NCBI GenBank assembly: GCA_965204725.1
Contig: OZ242005.1
Location: 3,712,001 to 3,776,000 of the forward strand
Origin: Candidatus Latescibacterota bacterium
GTDB taxonomy: Bacteria; Latescibacterota; UBA2968; UBA8231
Length of the DNA: 64,000 bases
Reading direction: 5' to 3'
A program made the position numbers and the translations under genes. Positions 29,390 to 38,230 of this stretch are shown here, piece by piece. Positions within the stretch are counted from its first letter, which is position 1; the number at the start of each line of letters is the position of its first letter. The notes below the pieces were generated by a model, which worked only from the letters and a program-made list of their open reading frames with translations, had not been told where the DNA came from and made no database searches.

Positions 29390-30370
29390 ATGGAAGTCCT
29401 ATTTTTGGTCTTGGCGCTTTTTGGCATCATCGTCTTTTTGTCGCTCTTTACTTATTTCATTCCGGTGGGGCTGTGGATTTCGGCCTATTTCGCCGGAGTC
29501 AAGGTGGGGATCTTCAAGGACCTAGTGGGTATGCGACTGCGCAAGGTGCCACCGCGCCAGATCGTCGGCCCCAAGATCAGCGCCACGAAGGCCGGGTTGG
29601 ATGTCGGCTTAGAGAGCATGGAAGCTCACTACTTGGCCGGCGGCAACGTCAACGCGGTGATTTTGGCCCTGATCTCGGCCGACAAAGCCAACATCGACCT
29701 GAGTTTTGAGCGTGCGGCCAGCATTGACTTGGCTGGTCGAGACGTGCTCGACGCGGTCAAGGTCAGCGTCAATCCCAAGGTGATCAACACGCCCCTGATT
29801 GCGGCAATCGCCAAAGACGGCATTCAGGTTAAGGCCACCTGCCGAGTGACCGTGCGCGCCAATATCGACCGCTTGGTCGGCGGTGCTGGCGAGGAGACGA
29901 TCATCGCCCGCGTCGGCGAGGGGATCGTTACCACCATTGGTTCGGCTACGACGCACAAAGAGGTGCTCGAAAATCCCGATCTGATCTCCCGACGGGTGCT
30001 GGAAAAGGGCCTCGACTCAGAAACGGCCTTTGAGATCCTCTCCATTGACATCGCCGATGTTGACGTTGGCGAAAACATCGGCGCCAAGCTACAGACCGAT
30101 CAGGCGGATGCCGATCTCAAAATCGCCCAAGCCAAGGCCGAGGAACGCCGGGCCATGGCCCAAGCGCGCGAGCAGGAGATGACCGCTCAAGTGGTAGAGA
30201 TGGAGTCGCGCGTCAAGGAAGCCGAGGCCGAAGTGCCGCGCGCCATGGCCGAAGCCTTCCGCGAGGGCAACCTGGGAGTGATGGACTACTACCGCATGCG
30301 GAATATCCAAGCCGACACGGATATGCGCGACTCGATTTCCGAAGGCGACGGGGAACGCGACAACAACTAG
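29390..30370 (+). CDS. floA: Flotillin-like protein FloA (YqfA)
   Basis: [47 protein letters not shown]. Confidence 0.95.
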   Translation: MEVLFLVLALFGIIVFLSLFTYFIPVGLWISAYFAGVKVGIFKDLVGMRLRKVPPRQIVGPKISATKAGLDVGLESMEAHYLAGGNVNAVILALISADKANIDLSFERAASIDLAGRDVLDAVKVSVNPKVINTPLIAAIAKDGIQVKATCRVTVRANIDRLVGGAGEETIIARVGEGIVTTIGSATTHKEVLENPDLISRRVLEKGLDSETAFEILSIDIADVDVGENIGAKLQTDQADADLKIAQAKAEERRAMAQAREQEMTAQVVEMESRVKEAEAEVPRAMAEAFREGNLGVMDYYRMRNIQADTDMRDSISEGDGERDNN

Positions 30371-30373
30371 TCC

Positions 30374-30847
30374 ATGGAACTCCTACTCTTTACCCTCGCC
30401 ATCCTGTTCAGCGTGTTTTCGGCGCTGATGGAGCGTCGCAAGCGCCGCAGACGGCTCGAAGAGGCCCAACAACAGCACGCCGAGGTCCATCCGGCCAAGC
30501 CCGTTGTCGCCGAGCCGGAGAAGGAGGAAGAGCCGACCTTTGGGTGGCCGTTTGACGGCGATCCTTTTGAGGAGCCGGTTCCAGCGGAGGTTGAGGTTGA
30601 TCCCGTCGAGGCTGAACGGGAGGCACTAGAAGCCGAGCGCGAGGCCCTAGCGGTTGAGCGGCGCACTGCGGCGGCCGAGAGGCAGGCCATGGAGCGGCTG
30701 ATGGAGACTAGGCCTCAGGATTCAGGCGAGGAGCGCCAGCCCCGTCGCACCCGGAACCACTGGTTCCTCAATCCGCAGACGGCGCGCGACGCGATCATCT
30801 ACATGGAAATCCTCAGCAAGCCTAAGAGCGAGCGCGAGGAGTGGTAA
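30374..30847 (+). CDS. Hypothetical membrane-anchored protein (YqfB-like position in the floA operon)
   Basis: N-terminal TM, acidic linker, C-terminal ARDAIIYMEILSKP. Confidence 0.7.
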   Translation: MELLLFTLAILFSVFSALMERRKRRRRLEEAQQQHAEVHPAKPVVAEPEKEEEPTFGWPFDGDPFEEPVPAEVEVDPVEAEREALEAEREALAVERRTAAAERQAMERLMETRPQDSGEERQPRRTRNHWFLNPQTARDAIIYMEILSKPKSEREEW

Positions 30848-30855
30848 ATGGTATA

Positions 30856-30942
30856 GCCGGAGTGGCGGAATTGGTAGACGCGCTGGATTCAAAATCCTGT
30901 ATCCGCAAGGGTGTGTGGGTTCGAGTCCCACCTCCGGCACCA
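30856..30942 (+). tRNA. tRNA-Leu (CAA)
   Basis: GCCGGAG/CTCCGGC acceptor stem, GGCGGAATTGGTAGAC D arm, TTCAAAA anticodon loop, long variable arm, GGTTCGAGTCC, encoded CCA. Confidence 0.96.
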
Positions 30943-30960
30943 TTTTTATAATCACTGCAC

Positions 30961-30992
30961 GCTAGCGATGCGGAGCCGCTCGCATCGCTAGC
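30961..30992. terminator. 12-bp stem hairpin downstream of the tRNA
   Basis: gctagcgatgcg / cgcatcgctagc perfect inverted repeat; no clear U-tract. Confidence 0.5.
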
Positions 30993-31106
30993 ACCATCCT
31001 TATCTCTTTGTACCTCATGGGCCGCGCAACCTTGCCTTCCTTTTCTTCATCCGTCGAAAGCTCAATTTTTCGCACGTACTCAAGCCCCGAAAGGAGATAA
31101 ACCGCC

Positions 31107-31265
31107 GTGCAATCTCCAGAAATAAGGCGTCTCCTCGACATCATCTCGGTACTCGTTCTGCTGATTGTAGTTCCGGCGTACCTCTTCTGCCGCTTGGGAC
31201 TCGTTCTGCTGATTGCCGTTCCGACGGCGTACCTCTTCTGCCGCCTAAAGTCACACGCAGACTAA
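31107..31265 (+). CDS. Small 52-aa membrane protein with an internal duplication
   Basis: aaggag RBS then GTG; MQSPEIRRLLDIISVLVLLIVVPAYLFCRLGLVLLIAVPTAYLFCRLKSHAD. Confidence 0.5.
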   Translation: MQSPEIRRLLDIISVLVLLIVVPAYLFCRLGLVLLIAVPTAYLFCRLKSHAD

Positions 31266-31277
31266 CGGGACGACGCC

Positions 31278-33068
31278 GTGAAAAAGCTAAAAGGCCAAAC
31301 GCGCACCGCGCCGCCGCTATGGGCGGTCTTGCAGCGGCGACTGATCGACGCTATCGACGAGGCGGCCCCGATTTTTTTGCAGAAGTACACCCGCCCCGGC
31401 GGCAGCCTGATATGGAAGGAAGAATACCCCGGCGACGGGGTCTGGGCCGACGACCTGTACGAGGCATTCTTCAATTGGCCTCACTACTATGCCCTAGGCG
31501 GCAGCGAGTACACAGGCGTCAAGGCCCTAGAGGAGTGGAACGCCATTACTCGGCAGCTAGAGCACGACTACGGCCGCGTTACCCGAGAGTTTATCAACGA
31601 CGACGACTGGTTCCACAACGCCGAAAACTACATCTACTTCTACCACTTGGGGATGGCCGACCCGACCAACGCCGACACGCGCCGCCGGGCGCAGCGCTTT
31701 GCCGGATTGTACTTGAACGACGACCCCGCCGTGCCCAACTACGACTCCGAGCACCGCATCGTGCGCTCGCCCTGTAGCGGCAGCAAGGGGCCACTCTTCC
31801 AAATGCGGCGCGGCGAAATCCACTACGACCTCACCCACGATCACGCCACGCTGGGGCCGAGCTTTGATTTGCCCGCTAACTGGTGGGAAGACCCCGAGAC
31901 CAAACGCCGCGTTGAGGAGCGATTTGACCAAGTGGTCATGCAGGGCGACGTGACCGTCAACCTAGGGGTCGCCTCACTAGTGGCAACGGCCTTTCTCCAC
32001 ACTGGCGAAGTGCGGTATCGGGAGTGGATCGAGGAATACGTGGGGGCTTGGATAGAGCGAACCGAGGCCAACGGCGGCATCGTCCCGGACAACATCGGCC
32101 CCAACGGCATCGTCGGCGAGATGCGCCAAGGGCAATGGTGGGGTGGGCTGTACGGCTGGACCGGGCGTTATGGACACGGCATGATGGCCCACGCGATCAC
32201 CGCCGCGGCAGAGGCCGCGCTGCTGGTCACGGGCGAGACCCGCTACTTGGACCTGCTCCGCATGCATCTAAATACGCTGGTGGAGCACGGCGAGGAGGAA
32301 GGGGGGCGGCTGCTCGTGCCCTACAAGCACACGGACGAAGGTTGGACCGACTTCAACCCCATTGATCCCAATGCGCCGATCCACTTGTGGGCTGCGTCTA
32401 TGGAGGCGCGGGATTGGCAGCGGCTGGAGGCCTTGCGCCGCGGTGCCGAAGACGAGTGGAGGCAGGTGGGGCCGCGCGGGCCGCGCTCGCTCGACGACCG
32501 CGCTTGGACCCGCTTTCTCGCGGGCGAGTTCCCGGATTATCCCGAGCGCATCTTGCAGGCCAACTACCGAGAGGTCTGTGACCGCATCGCCAAGGTGCTT
32601 GCCGACGAGCAGGATCTCACCCAGCTCGACGTGCATTGGTGGCAGCAGGTCAACCCGGTGGTCACCGAAGCCTTGGTGCAGCTAACGACCGGCGCGCCGC
32701 AGACCATCTACTGGGGCGGGTTGGCACAAGGGCGGGTGCGCTATTTCGACGGCGAGCAGCAACGGCCGGGTTTGCCCCCAGACGTAGCCGCGCTGGTGAC
32801 CGGCCTCAGCAACGAAAGTGCGGAGTTGACGTTGGTCAACTTGAGCGCGCGCCGCATTCGGCGCGTGATCGTCGGTGCTGGCAGCTTTGGGGAGCACTGC
32901 TTTGACCGGGTGCGAGCTGGCGACGAGGCCCTCGACGTGGACAGCACCTATTTCCAAGTCGAATTGGCACCGGCCAGCCAAATAGACTTGTCGCTCGCCA
33001 TGCGGCGGTACTGCCGGCCGCCCAGCTTTCGCCTGCCTTGGCACGGCGACGAGGTTCCCCAGCGGTAG
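31278..33068 (+). CDS. Conserved hypothetical protein, possibly an (alpha/alpha)-barrel enzyme
   Basis: 596 aa, host-like codon usage, Trp/Asp-rich motifs (ADDLYEAFFNWP, DWFHNAE, VPDNIGPNG, WWGGLYGW). Confidence 0.7.
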   Translation: MKKLKGQTRTAPPLWAVLQRRLIDAIDEAAPIFLQKYTRPGGSLIWKEEYPGDGVWADDLYEAFFNWPHYYALGGSEYTGVKALEEWNAITRQLEHDYGRVTREFINDDDWFHNAENYIYFYHLGMADPTNADTRRRAQRFAGLYLNDDPAVPNYDSEHRIVRSPCSGSKGPLFQMRRGEIHYDLTHDHATLGPSFDLPANWWEDPETKRRVEERFDQVVMQGDVTVNLGVASLVATAFLHTGEVRYREWIEEYVGAWIERTEANGGIVPDNIGPNGIVGEMRQGQWWGGLYGWTGRYGHGMMAHAITAAAEAALLVTGETRYLDLLRMHLNTLVEHGEEEGGRLLVPYKHTDEGWTDFNPIDPNAPIHLWAASMEARDWQRLEALRRGAEDEWRQVGPRGPRSLDDRAWTRFLAGEFPDYPERILQANYREVCDRIAKVLADEQDLTQLDVHWWQQVNPVVTEALVQLTTGAPQTIYWGGLAQGRVRYFDGEQQRPGLPPDVAALVTGLSNESAELTLVNLSARRIRRVIVGAGSFGEHCFDRVRAGDEALDVDSTYFQVELAPASQIDLSLAMRRYCRPPSFRLPWHGDEVPQR

Positions 33069-33089
33069 GGCAGCAATTTTGTATAGGCT

Positions 33090-33231
33090 CTTAGAAGCGT
33101 TCTTAAAATCAGGGTTTCCGTTTCTGATTCGGCTTGGTCCTTTTCTGGATTCCCGCTTTCGCGGGAATGACGGACCCCGTCTTTACGGCTCGTTCAACAC
33201 CCCCAAGGTGGGTTTTCAGACCGCTTCTAAG
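33090..33231. mobile_element. Putative MITE (~140 bp) with IS5-like terminal inverted repeats and an internal attcccgc/gcgggaat palindrome
   Basis: Left cttagaagcgttcttaaaa versus reverse complement of right end cttagaagcggtctgaaaa; inverted partial copy at 40258-40339. Confidence 0.65.
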
Positions 33232-33258
33232 CATTCAACCTAAAATGGAGACTGGACT

Positions 33259-34002
33259 GTGGACCAAGCCGACCGAGATTTCTTTGCCGCAAATGGCTAT
33301 CTCAACCTAGGGCAGGTGCTCGCCGACGAGGTGCAATACTTCCGCGGCCTGTTCGATGGGGATATGGAAAAGCATCCCTATTTCTGGCACCGCTACGGCT
33401 ACCACCAACACGCCAACTACGAGGCGTTGATCACCTCGCCGCAGTTCGACGAGTTGATTCGCCACCCGAAGATATACCCAACGGTCGAGGCACTGATGGG
33501 CGGTCCGCTCTGCTTTGGCGAGATCGGGCTGCGGATGATGCGGGCCTACGACGGCCCGTTGCACCAAGGCTGGCACCGCGACCGGCCGCATTGGGACGAC
33601 CATCCGCTACGAATGGACTACATCCAACTCATGGTCTATCTGACCGATGTCAACGAAGGAACGCATTGTTTTTCGCTGTCACCGGAGTCGATAAGCCAGC
33701 CGGTGCTCGAAGACAAGGAAGCACAGCTCAAGCGAGGCGGCGAGTACCACTTGCACGGTCCGGCCGGGACTTGTGCGCTGTTTAACGTGGCTGCACTCCA
33801 CACGGCGACGACGCGGCCCACGCCGGCCGAGCGGCGGACGGTGCAGATTTACTATGGACATCGCAGCCGGGCGCCGCTGGCGAACGATTCGACTATTCCG
33901 GCGGCGTTTTGGCGGGATAGCCAAGATGCAGAGACGCGGGCTTTTTACGGAGTTTTGAACGAGCGCACCAAGGCGTATTTGGCGGCGTTTCCCGGAGCTT
34001 GA
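33259..34002 (+). CDS. Phytanoyl-CoA dioxygenase (PhyH) family protein
   Basis: FFAANGYL, WHRD, MVYLTDV, GPAGT..LFN..LHT. Confidence 0.88.
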   Translation: MDQADRDFFAANGYLNLGQVLADEVQYFRGLFDGDMEKHPYFWHRYGYHQHANYEALITSPQFDELIRHPKIYPTVEALMGGPLCFGEIGLRMMRAYDGPLHQGWHRDRPHWDDHPLRMDYIQLMVYLTDVNEGTHCFSLSPESISQPVLEDKEAQLKRGGEYHLHGPAGTCALFNVAALHTATTRPTPAERRTVQIYYGHRSRAPLANDSTIPAAFWRDSQDAETRAFYGVLNERTKAYLAAFPGA

Positions 34003-34065
34003 CCCCTTCGGCCCGCAGCAAAGCTCCCTCCCTTTAGGGCGGGGAGATGTAGAGATCAGGTTATT

Positions 34066-35220
34066 TTGCACACCCCCCTGTTGCATATCGCACCCACGGA
34101 TCTGGTGGACATTGCAGTCGTCGGTTTGCTGCTTTGGGGTCTAGTCGCTTGGACCCGCCGAGTGCATACGCGGATGGCCCTGCTCGGGTTGGCTTTTTTG
34201 GGCGTCTTCTACCTGATAGCACAGCAGTTCGAGTTGCAGCTAACAGCTTGGATCTTCCAAGGCTTTTTCGCGGTGCTAGTGGTGGTCGTGGTGGTCGTCT
34301 TCCAAGACGACTTGCGCCGGCTCTTTGAGCAGATCGCCACGCTCGGCCTGCGCCGCAAGGCTCCGCGCCCCGATCCCTCCAACTTGGCGGCGCTGATTAG
34401 GGGGCTGCGTCAGTTGGCCGCGAAGAGACGCGGGGCCTTGGTGGTCCTACCGGGGCGCGAGCCGATAGCGCGGCATTTGCAGGGCGGAGTCTCTCTGGAC
34501 GCGGAGGTCCGCGAAGAACTCCTCGACAGCCTTTTCGACCCCGGTTCGGCTGGGCACGATGGGGCACTGGTGATGCAGAATAATAGGATCGCGTCCTTTG
34601 GGGTGCATTTACCGCTTTCCGAGAATCGGGACGAGCTAAAGGGGGGCAGTACGCGACACGCTGCCGCGTTGGGCTTAGCCGAGCGCAGCGATGCCCTGTG
34701 TTTGGTCGTATCAGAGGAGCGCGGCACCATCGGGATTGCAGCGCGGGGGCAACTCGAGGTTTTGGACGATCCGGGCGATTTGTTGGACCGGATCCAAGAC
34801 CACTTGCAGCATACCGGCACCGAGGTGACGGTGCGCCGGGCCGGCCAGCGTTTGGTAGAAGGTCTTTTGTCTTTCGCCTTGGCTTTGGGTGCGTGGGTGG
34901 TCTTTGTGCCGGGCGCGACGCTTGATAAAACAGAGCTCCAAGTGCCCATAGCCGTGGAGCATATACCCGAGGGATATGTGCTAGAGGACGTCAAACCCTC
35001 AGCGGTGGAGGTCGCGGTGGCCGGATCGCGGGTGGATCTGTTTTTGGCGAGCAATGCGGATTTCCAAGTCGTCATTGACGCCAAGCTGGTCGAGTGGGGG
35101 CGGCGGACCTTTGAGGTATCCGCCCAGTCCGTGCGCCATGCAACCGGCCTAGAGGTCAAAAGCGTCAAGCCAGAGAAAGTGAGACTAACCGTGCATAAAG
35201 CGCGAGGAGGTGCGCGATGA
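34066..35220 (+). CDS. Diadenylate cyclase (CdaA-type) fused to a TM helix and a YbbR (CdaR-like) domain
   Basis: N-terminal TMs, VVFQDDLRR, HDGAL, TRHAAALG, VVSEERG; C-terminal PEGY...PSAVEV...PEKVRL. Confidence 0.88.
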   Translation: MHTPLLHIAPTDLVDIAVVGLLLWGLVAWTRRVHTRMALLGLAFLGVFYLIAQQFELQLTAWIFQGFFAVLVVVVVVVFQDDLRRLFEQIATLGLRRKAPRPDPSNLAALIRGLRQLAAKRRGALVVLPGREPIARHLQGGVSLDAEVREELLDSLFDPGSAGHDGALVMQNNRIASFGVHLPLSENRDELKGGSTRHAAALGLAERSDALCLVVSEERGTIGIAARGQLEVLDDPGDLLDRIQDHLQHTGTEVTVRRAGQRLVEGLLSFALALGAWVVFVPGATLDKTELQVPIAVEHIPEGYVLEDVKPSAVEVAVAGSRVDLFLASNADFQVVIDAKLVEWGRRTFEVSAQSVRHATGLEVKSVKPEKVRLTVHKARGGAR

Positions 35221-35343
35221 AAATTGAATCGCTGTGAGAGGAGCCGCTCAGCCCCCTGTGAAATTTGCCCGTTTCAGCAGAATCGTATAATTTTTGTACC
35301 ATTACGCCCTCTACCAGTCACCTTTCATCCTGCGGGAGTTACA

Positions 35344-35589
35344 ATGGCCAAGTCGATGTTTTCTCGGGAAGTCGCTCTCAAGTTAGAAAGCGAAATCAAC
35401 GCCTTTCAAGCCTGTCGCAGCCTGTCGCATCGCGCACGAGACATTAACATAGAACGCAAAGTGAGAGAATCCGAAGGCGCAGTTTCCGAGGAAGAGCAGC
35501 CCAATTCGTCGGCCAGTGCCATGCTGGATTTTGCCGAGGGGCGCATCGTCCTCGTGCCGGAAGAAAGTGCAGACTCAGACGAGGTCTGA
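35344..35589 (+). CDS. rpoZ: Probable RNA polymerase omega subunit (divergent)
   Basis: 81 aa; NAFQACRSLSHRARDI...PNSSASAMLDFAEGRI matches the omega pattern (RAR.I...KP...AL.E...G.I). Confidence 0.6.
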   Translation: MAKSMFSREVALKLESEINAFQACRSLSHRARDINIERKVRESEGAVSEEEQPNSSASAMLDFAEGRIVLVPEESADSDEV

Positions 35590-35667
35590 ATCGCTGCGGC
35601 CCGCCTCCTCGTGGGCCTTGCTGTCTCCACCCAAAGAGCCGAAAAGCCTGCCGCTGGTCGCCTAGCT

Positions 35668-36600
35668 ATGCTTGCAAACTGCTGCCCCCGCCGCCGCTGG
35701 GGCAAAACCGAGCTTTCCATACCCGTAATCCCATTCGGGACGCAAGGATTCGGCGGCCACTTTGGGCCGGTCAGCGACGAAGAGGCCATGGCCCTGATGC
35801 GCCGAGCCGTCGATTTGGGCGTCAATCACTTCGACTGCGCCCGCTGCTACGGCGACTCACTGCCCAAGCTGGGCCGAGCGATCAAGGAAGGCGTCATCGC
35901 CCGCAGCGAGATCATCATCAGCGGGCGCGTATGCTGCCACAGCGCGGCTGAGTGGGGCGGCTACGGCGTGGGGCGGCCCGACTACTCGGCGGCGCGAGCT
36001 TTGGCCGATGTGGAAGACCAGCTAGAAATTTTGGGGATCGACAAATTCGATGTGCTCTTCCTCCACGACCCGCCCGAAGTGGAGCCGACCCTTGAGGCCG
36101 GCGGCGCGCTCGAAGGGCTGGAACGGGGGCGTCAGCAAGGCGCTGTGGACTTCATCGGCTATGGCATGAGGCCCCACGACTTTCACCTCGTACATATTGC
36201 TTCGGGCCGCACCGACGCCATGCTGTGTTTCAGCGACTACAACTTGCTCCGGCAGAGCGCGGCCGACGCTATCCTACCAGCGGCCGCGGCGGCCGACCTG
36301 GGAGTCCTCAACGGCTGGTCCATCATGCGCGGCTGGCTGACGGGCGTGCCCGTGGAGCGCTTTATACCACGCGACAAGTGGGGCGAAGACCAGCAACGAG
36401 CCGAGGCCATGCGCTTGTGGTGCGGCGAACAGGGCATCGACATGCTCGCGCTGACGTTGCAATTTTGCCTGCGCGAGGAACGAATCCACGGCAACCCAAT
36501 CGGCTCGCTGAACATCGAGCAGCTAGAGCGGAATGTCGCGGCCGCCATGGCCTCTGTCGCGGACGACACCATCGCCGAGTTTCGGGCCGCGGCACTTTGA
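35668..36600 (+). CDS. Aldo/keto reductase
   Basis: RRRWGKTEL, GVNHFDCARCYG, LFLHDP, EQLERNV. Confidence 0.9.
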   Translation: MLANCCPRRRWGKTELSIPVIPFGTQGFGGHFGPVSDEEAMALMRRAVDLGVNHFDCARCYGDSLPKLGRAIKEGVIARSEIIISGRVCCHSAAEWGGYGVGRPDYSAARALADVEDQLEILGIDKFDVLFLHDPPEVEPTLEAGGALEGLERGRQQGAVDFIGYGMRPHDFHLVHIASGRTDAMLCFSDYNLLRQSAADAILPAAAAADLGVLNGWSIMRGWLTGVPVERFIPRDKWGEDQQRAEAMRLWCGEQGIDMLALTLQFCLREERIHGNPIGSLNIEQLERNVAAAMASVADDTIAEFRAAAL

Positions 36601-36618
36601 ACAGGAGAAACTGCGTGC

Positions 36619-37389
36619 ATGAGCGCTGCTGAAGAGTACTACGCGCAGACGATGGAGTTGTTGCAACGGCTGCGCGATACGCAGATGGATTCTATAGACC
36701 GGGCCGCCGAAATCTGCATCGAGAGCATTGCCAACGGCGGCCTGGTCTTTCTCTTTGGTGCTGGGCACTCGCGGATGATGTGCGAGGAAATGACGCCGCG
36801 CCAAGGATGTTTCGTGGGCTTTTTTGCGTTGGTCGAGCTCGCGGTATCGACCCATGCGTCAATTGTCGGCACCAATGGATTGCGCGGGCCGCTCTTTTTG
36901 GAGAAGTGCGAAGGCTACGCCGAAGAGATCCTGCAAGGATTTGAGTTCGGGCCGCACGACGCCTTTATCTTGATCTCGACGAGTGGCATTCGGCCCCTAA
37001 TCGTCGAGATGGCCATGGGGGCTAAGGCGCGGGGCCTATCCGTAATCGCCATGCTGTCGAAGCCGCACGGCGACCAGTCGCCGCCCGCGCACTCGTCGGG
37101 CAAAAAGCTGATGGATCTGGCCGATGTCGTCCTCGACAATCAATGTCCGCCGGGAGACTGCGTTCTGGAGCTAGAGGGCTTGGAGTGGCGGACTGGCCCG
37201 GTATCGACGGTGACCGGCGCGATGATGATGAATATGCTCCGTTGCGAGGTAGCCGAGCGATTGTTGGCGCGGGGGATCAAGCCGGAGCTATTGCCGAGCC
37301 ATCAGTTCGTGGGCAATGCAAGTGCGGAAGAGCAGCTAGAGCGGTTCTACGAGGGCTATCGCAAGAGCCTCAAGCATTTGTACGCGTAG
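36619..37389 (+). CDS. SIS-domain sugar isomerase
   Basis: FLFGAGHS, ISTSG, HSSGKKL, PPGD. Confidence 0.88.
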   Translation: MSAAEEYYAQTMELLQRLRDTQMDSIDRAAEICIESIANGGLVFLFGAGHSRMMCEEMTPRQGCFVGFFALVELAVSTHASIVGTNGLRGPLFLEKCEGYAEEILQGFEFGPHDAFILISTSGIRPLIVEMAMGAKARGLSVIAMLSKPHGDQSPPAHSSGKKLMDLADVVLDNQCPPGDCVLELEGLEWRTGPVSTVTGAMMMNMLRCEVAERLLARGIKPELLPSHQFVGNASAEEQLERFYEGYRKSLKHLYA

Positions 37390-37435
37390 GATCGTAGAAC
37401 AAATGCCTATCGCCCCGACTCCAATCCACTGAACC

Positions 37436-38215
37436 GTGGGCACTCTCGAAAACAGGGTTTGTCTGATTACCGGCTCCACCGGCATCGCAGAAGCCACGGC
37501 TCTACACGCCGCCGAGGAAGGGGCCAAGGTTTTCGTCACTTCGCGCACGGAAGACCATTGTAGGACCCTTGCCGAGCAGTTGGGGGGCCAAGGAGCGCAT
37601 CGGGCCGCCGATCTGACCCAGCAAGAACAGGTCGCCGAGGCCGTGGGGGCCTGCGTGGAGCGGTGGGGGCGGATCGACGGGTTGTTCAATGTGGCGGGGA
37701 TCAGCGGACGGCGCTTTGGCGACGGGCCGCTGCACGAGTGTACAGAGGAGGGATGGGACGCGACGCTGGACGCCAACGCCAAGAGCATGTTCTTGGTGTG
37801 CCGCACCGTGCTGCAACAGATGTTGACCCAAAAACTGCGCGCTGGCGGCGTGCGCGGGGCGATTCTCAACATGGCCAGTGTGTTGGCCTTTGCGCCGGAG
37901 CGGAGGTTTTTTGCCTCGCACGCCTATGCGGCCAGCAAGGGGGCGATTGTGTCGCTGAGCAAGGCGATGGCCAGCTACTACGCGCCCCACGGGATTCGGG
38001 TCAATGCCATTGCGCCGGCCCTGGTGGAGACCCCCATGAGCAAGCGGGCCGGAGCAAGCGCGGAGATCATGGCGTTTATGCGCGACAAGCAGCCGCTCGG
38101 GGCGATGATGAGCGCGGCAGACGTGGCGGGGATGGCGGTCTTTTTGTTGGGGGACCGAGCGCGGGCCATTACCGGGGCCGTAGTACCCGTAGATGCGGGT
38201 TGGTGCGTAAGCTGA
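37436..38215 (+). CDS. SDR family oxidoreductase
   Basis: ITGSTGIA, NVAG, YAASK, IRVNAIAP, VDAG. Confidence 0.92.
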   Translation: MGTLENRVCLITGSTGIAEATALHAAEEGAKVFVTSRTEDHCRTLAEQLGGQGAHRAADLTQQEQVAEAVGACVERWGRIDGLFNVAGISGRRFGDGPLHECTEEGWDATLDANAKSMFLVCRTVLQQMLTQKLRAGGVRGAILNMASVLAFAPERRFFASHAYAASKGAIVSLSKAMASYYAPHGIRVNAIAPALVETPMSKRAGASAEIMAFMRDKQPLGAMMSAADVAGMAVFLLGDRARAITGAVVPVDAGWCVS

Positions 38216-38230
38216 CGAGGAGAGGGCACT

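Noticed and set aside
30856-30942. tRNA-Leu as an integration site of an island
   Set aside because: No integrase and no duplicated tRNA 3' end noticed in the window.
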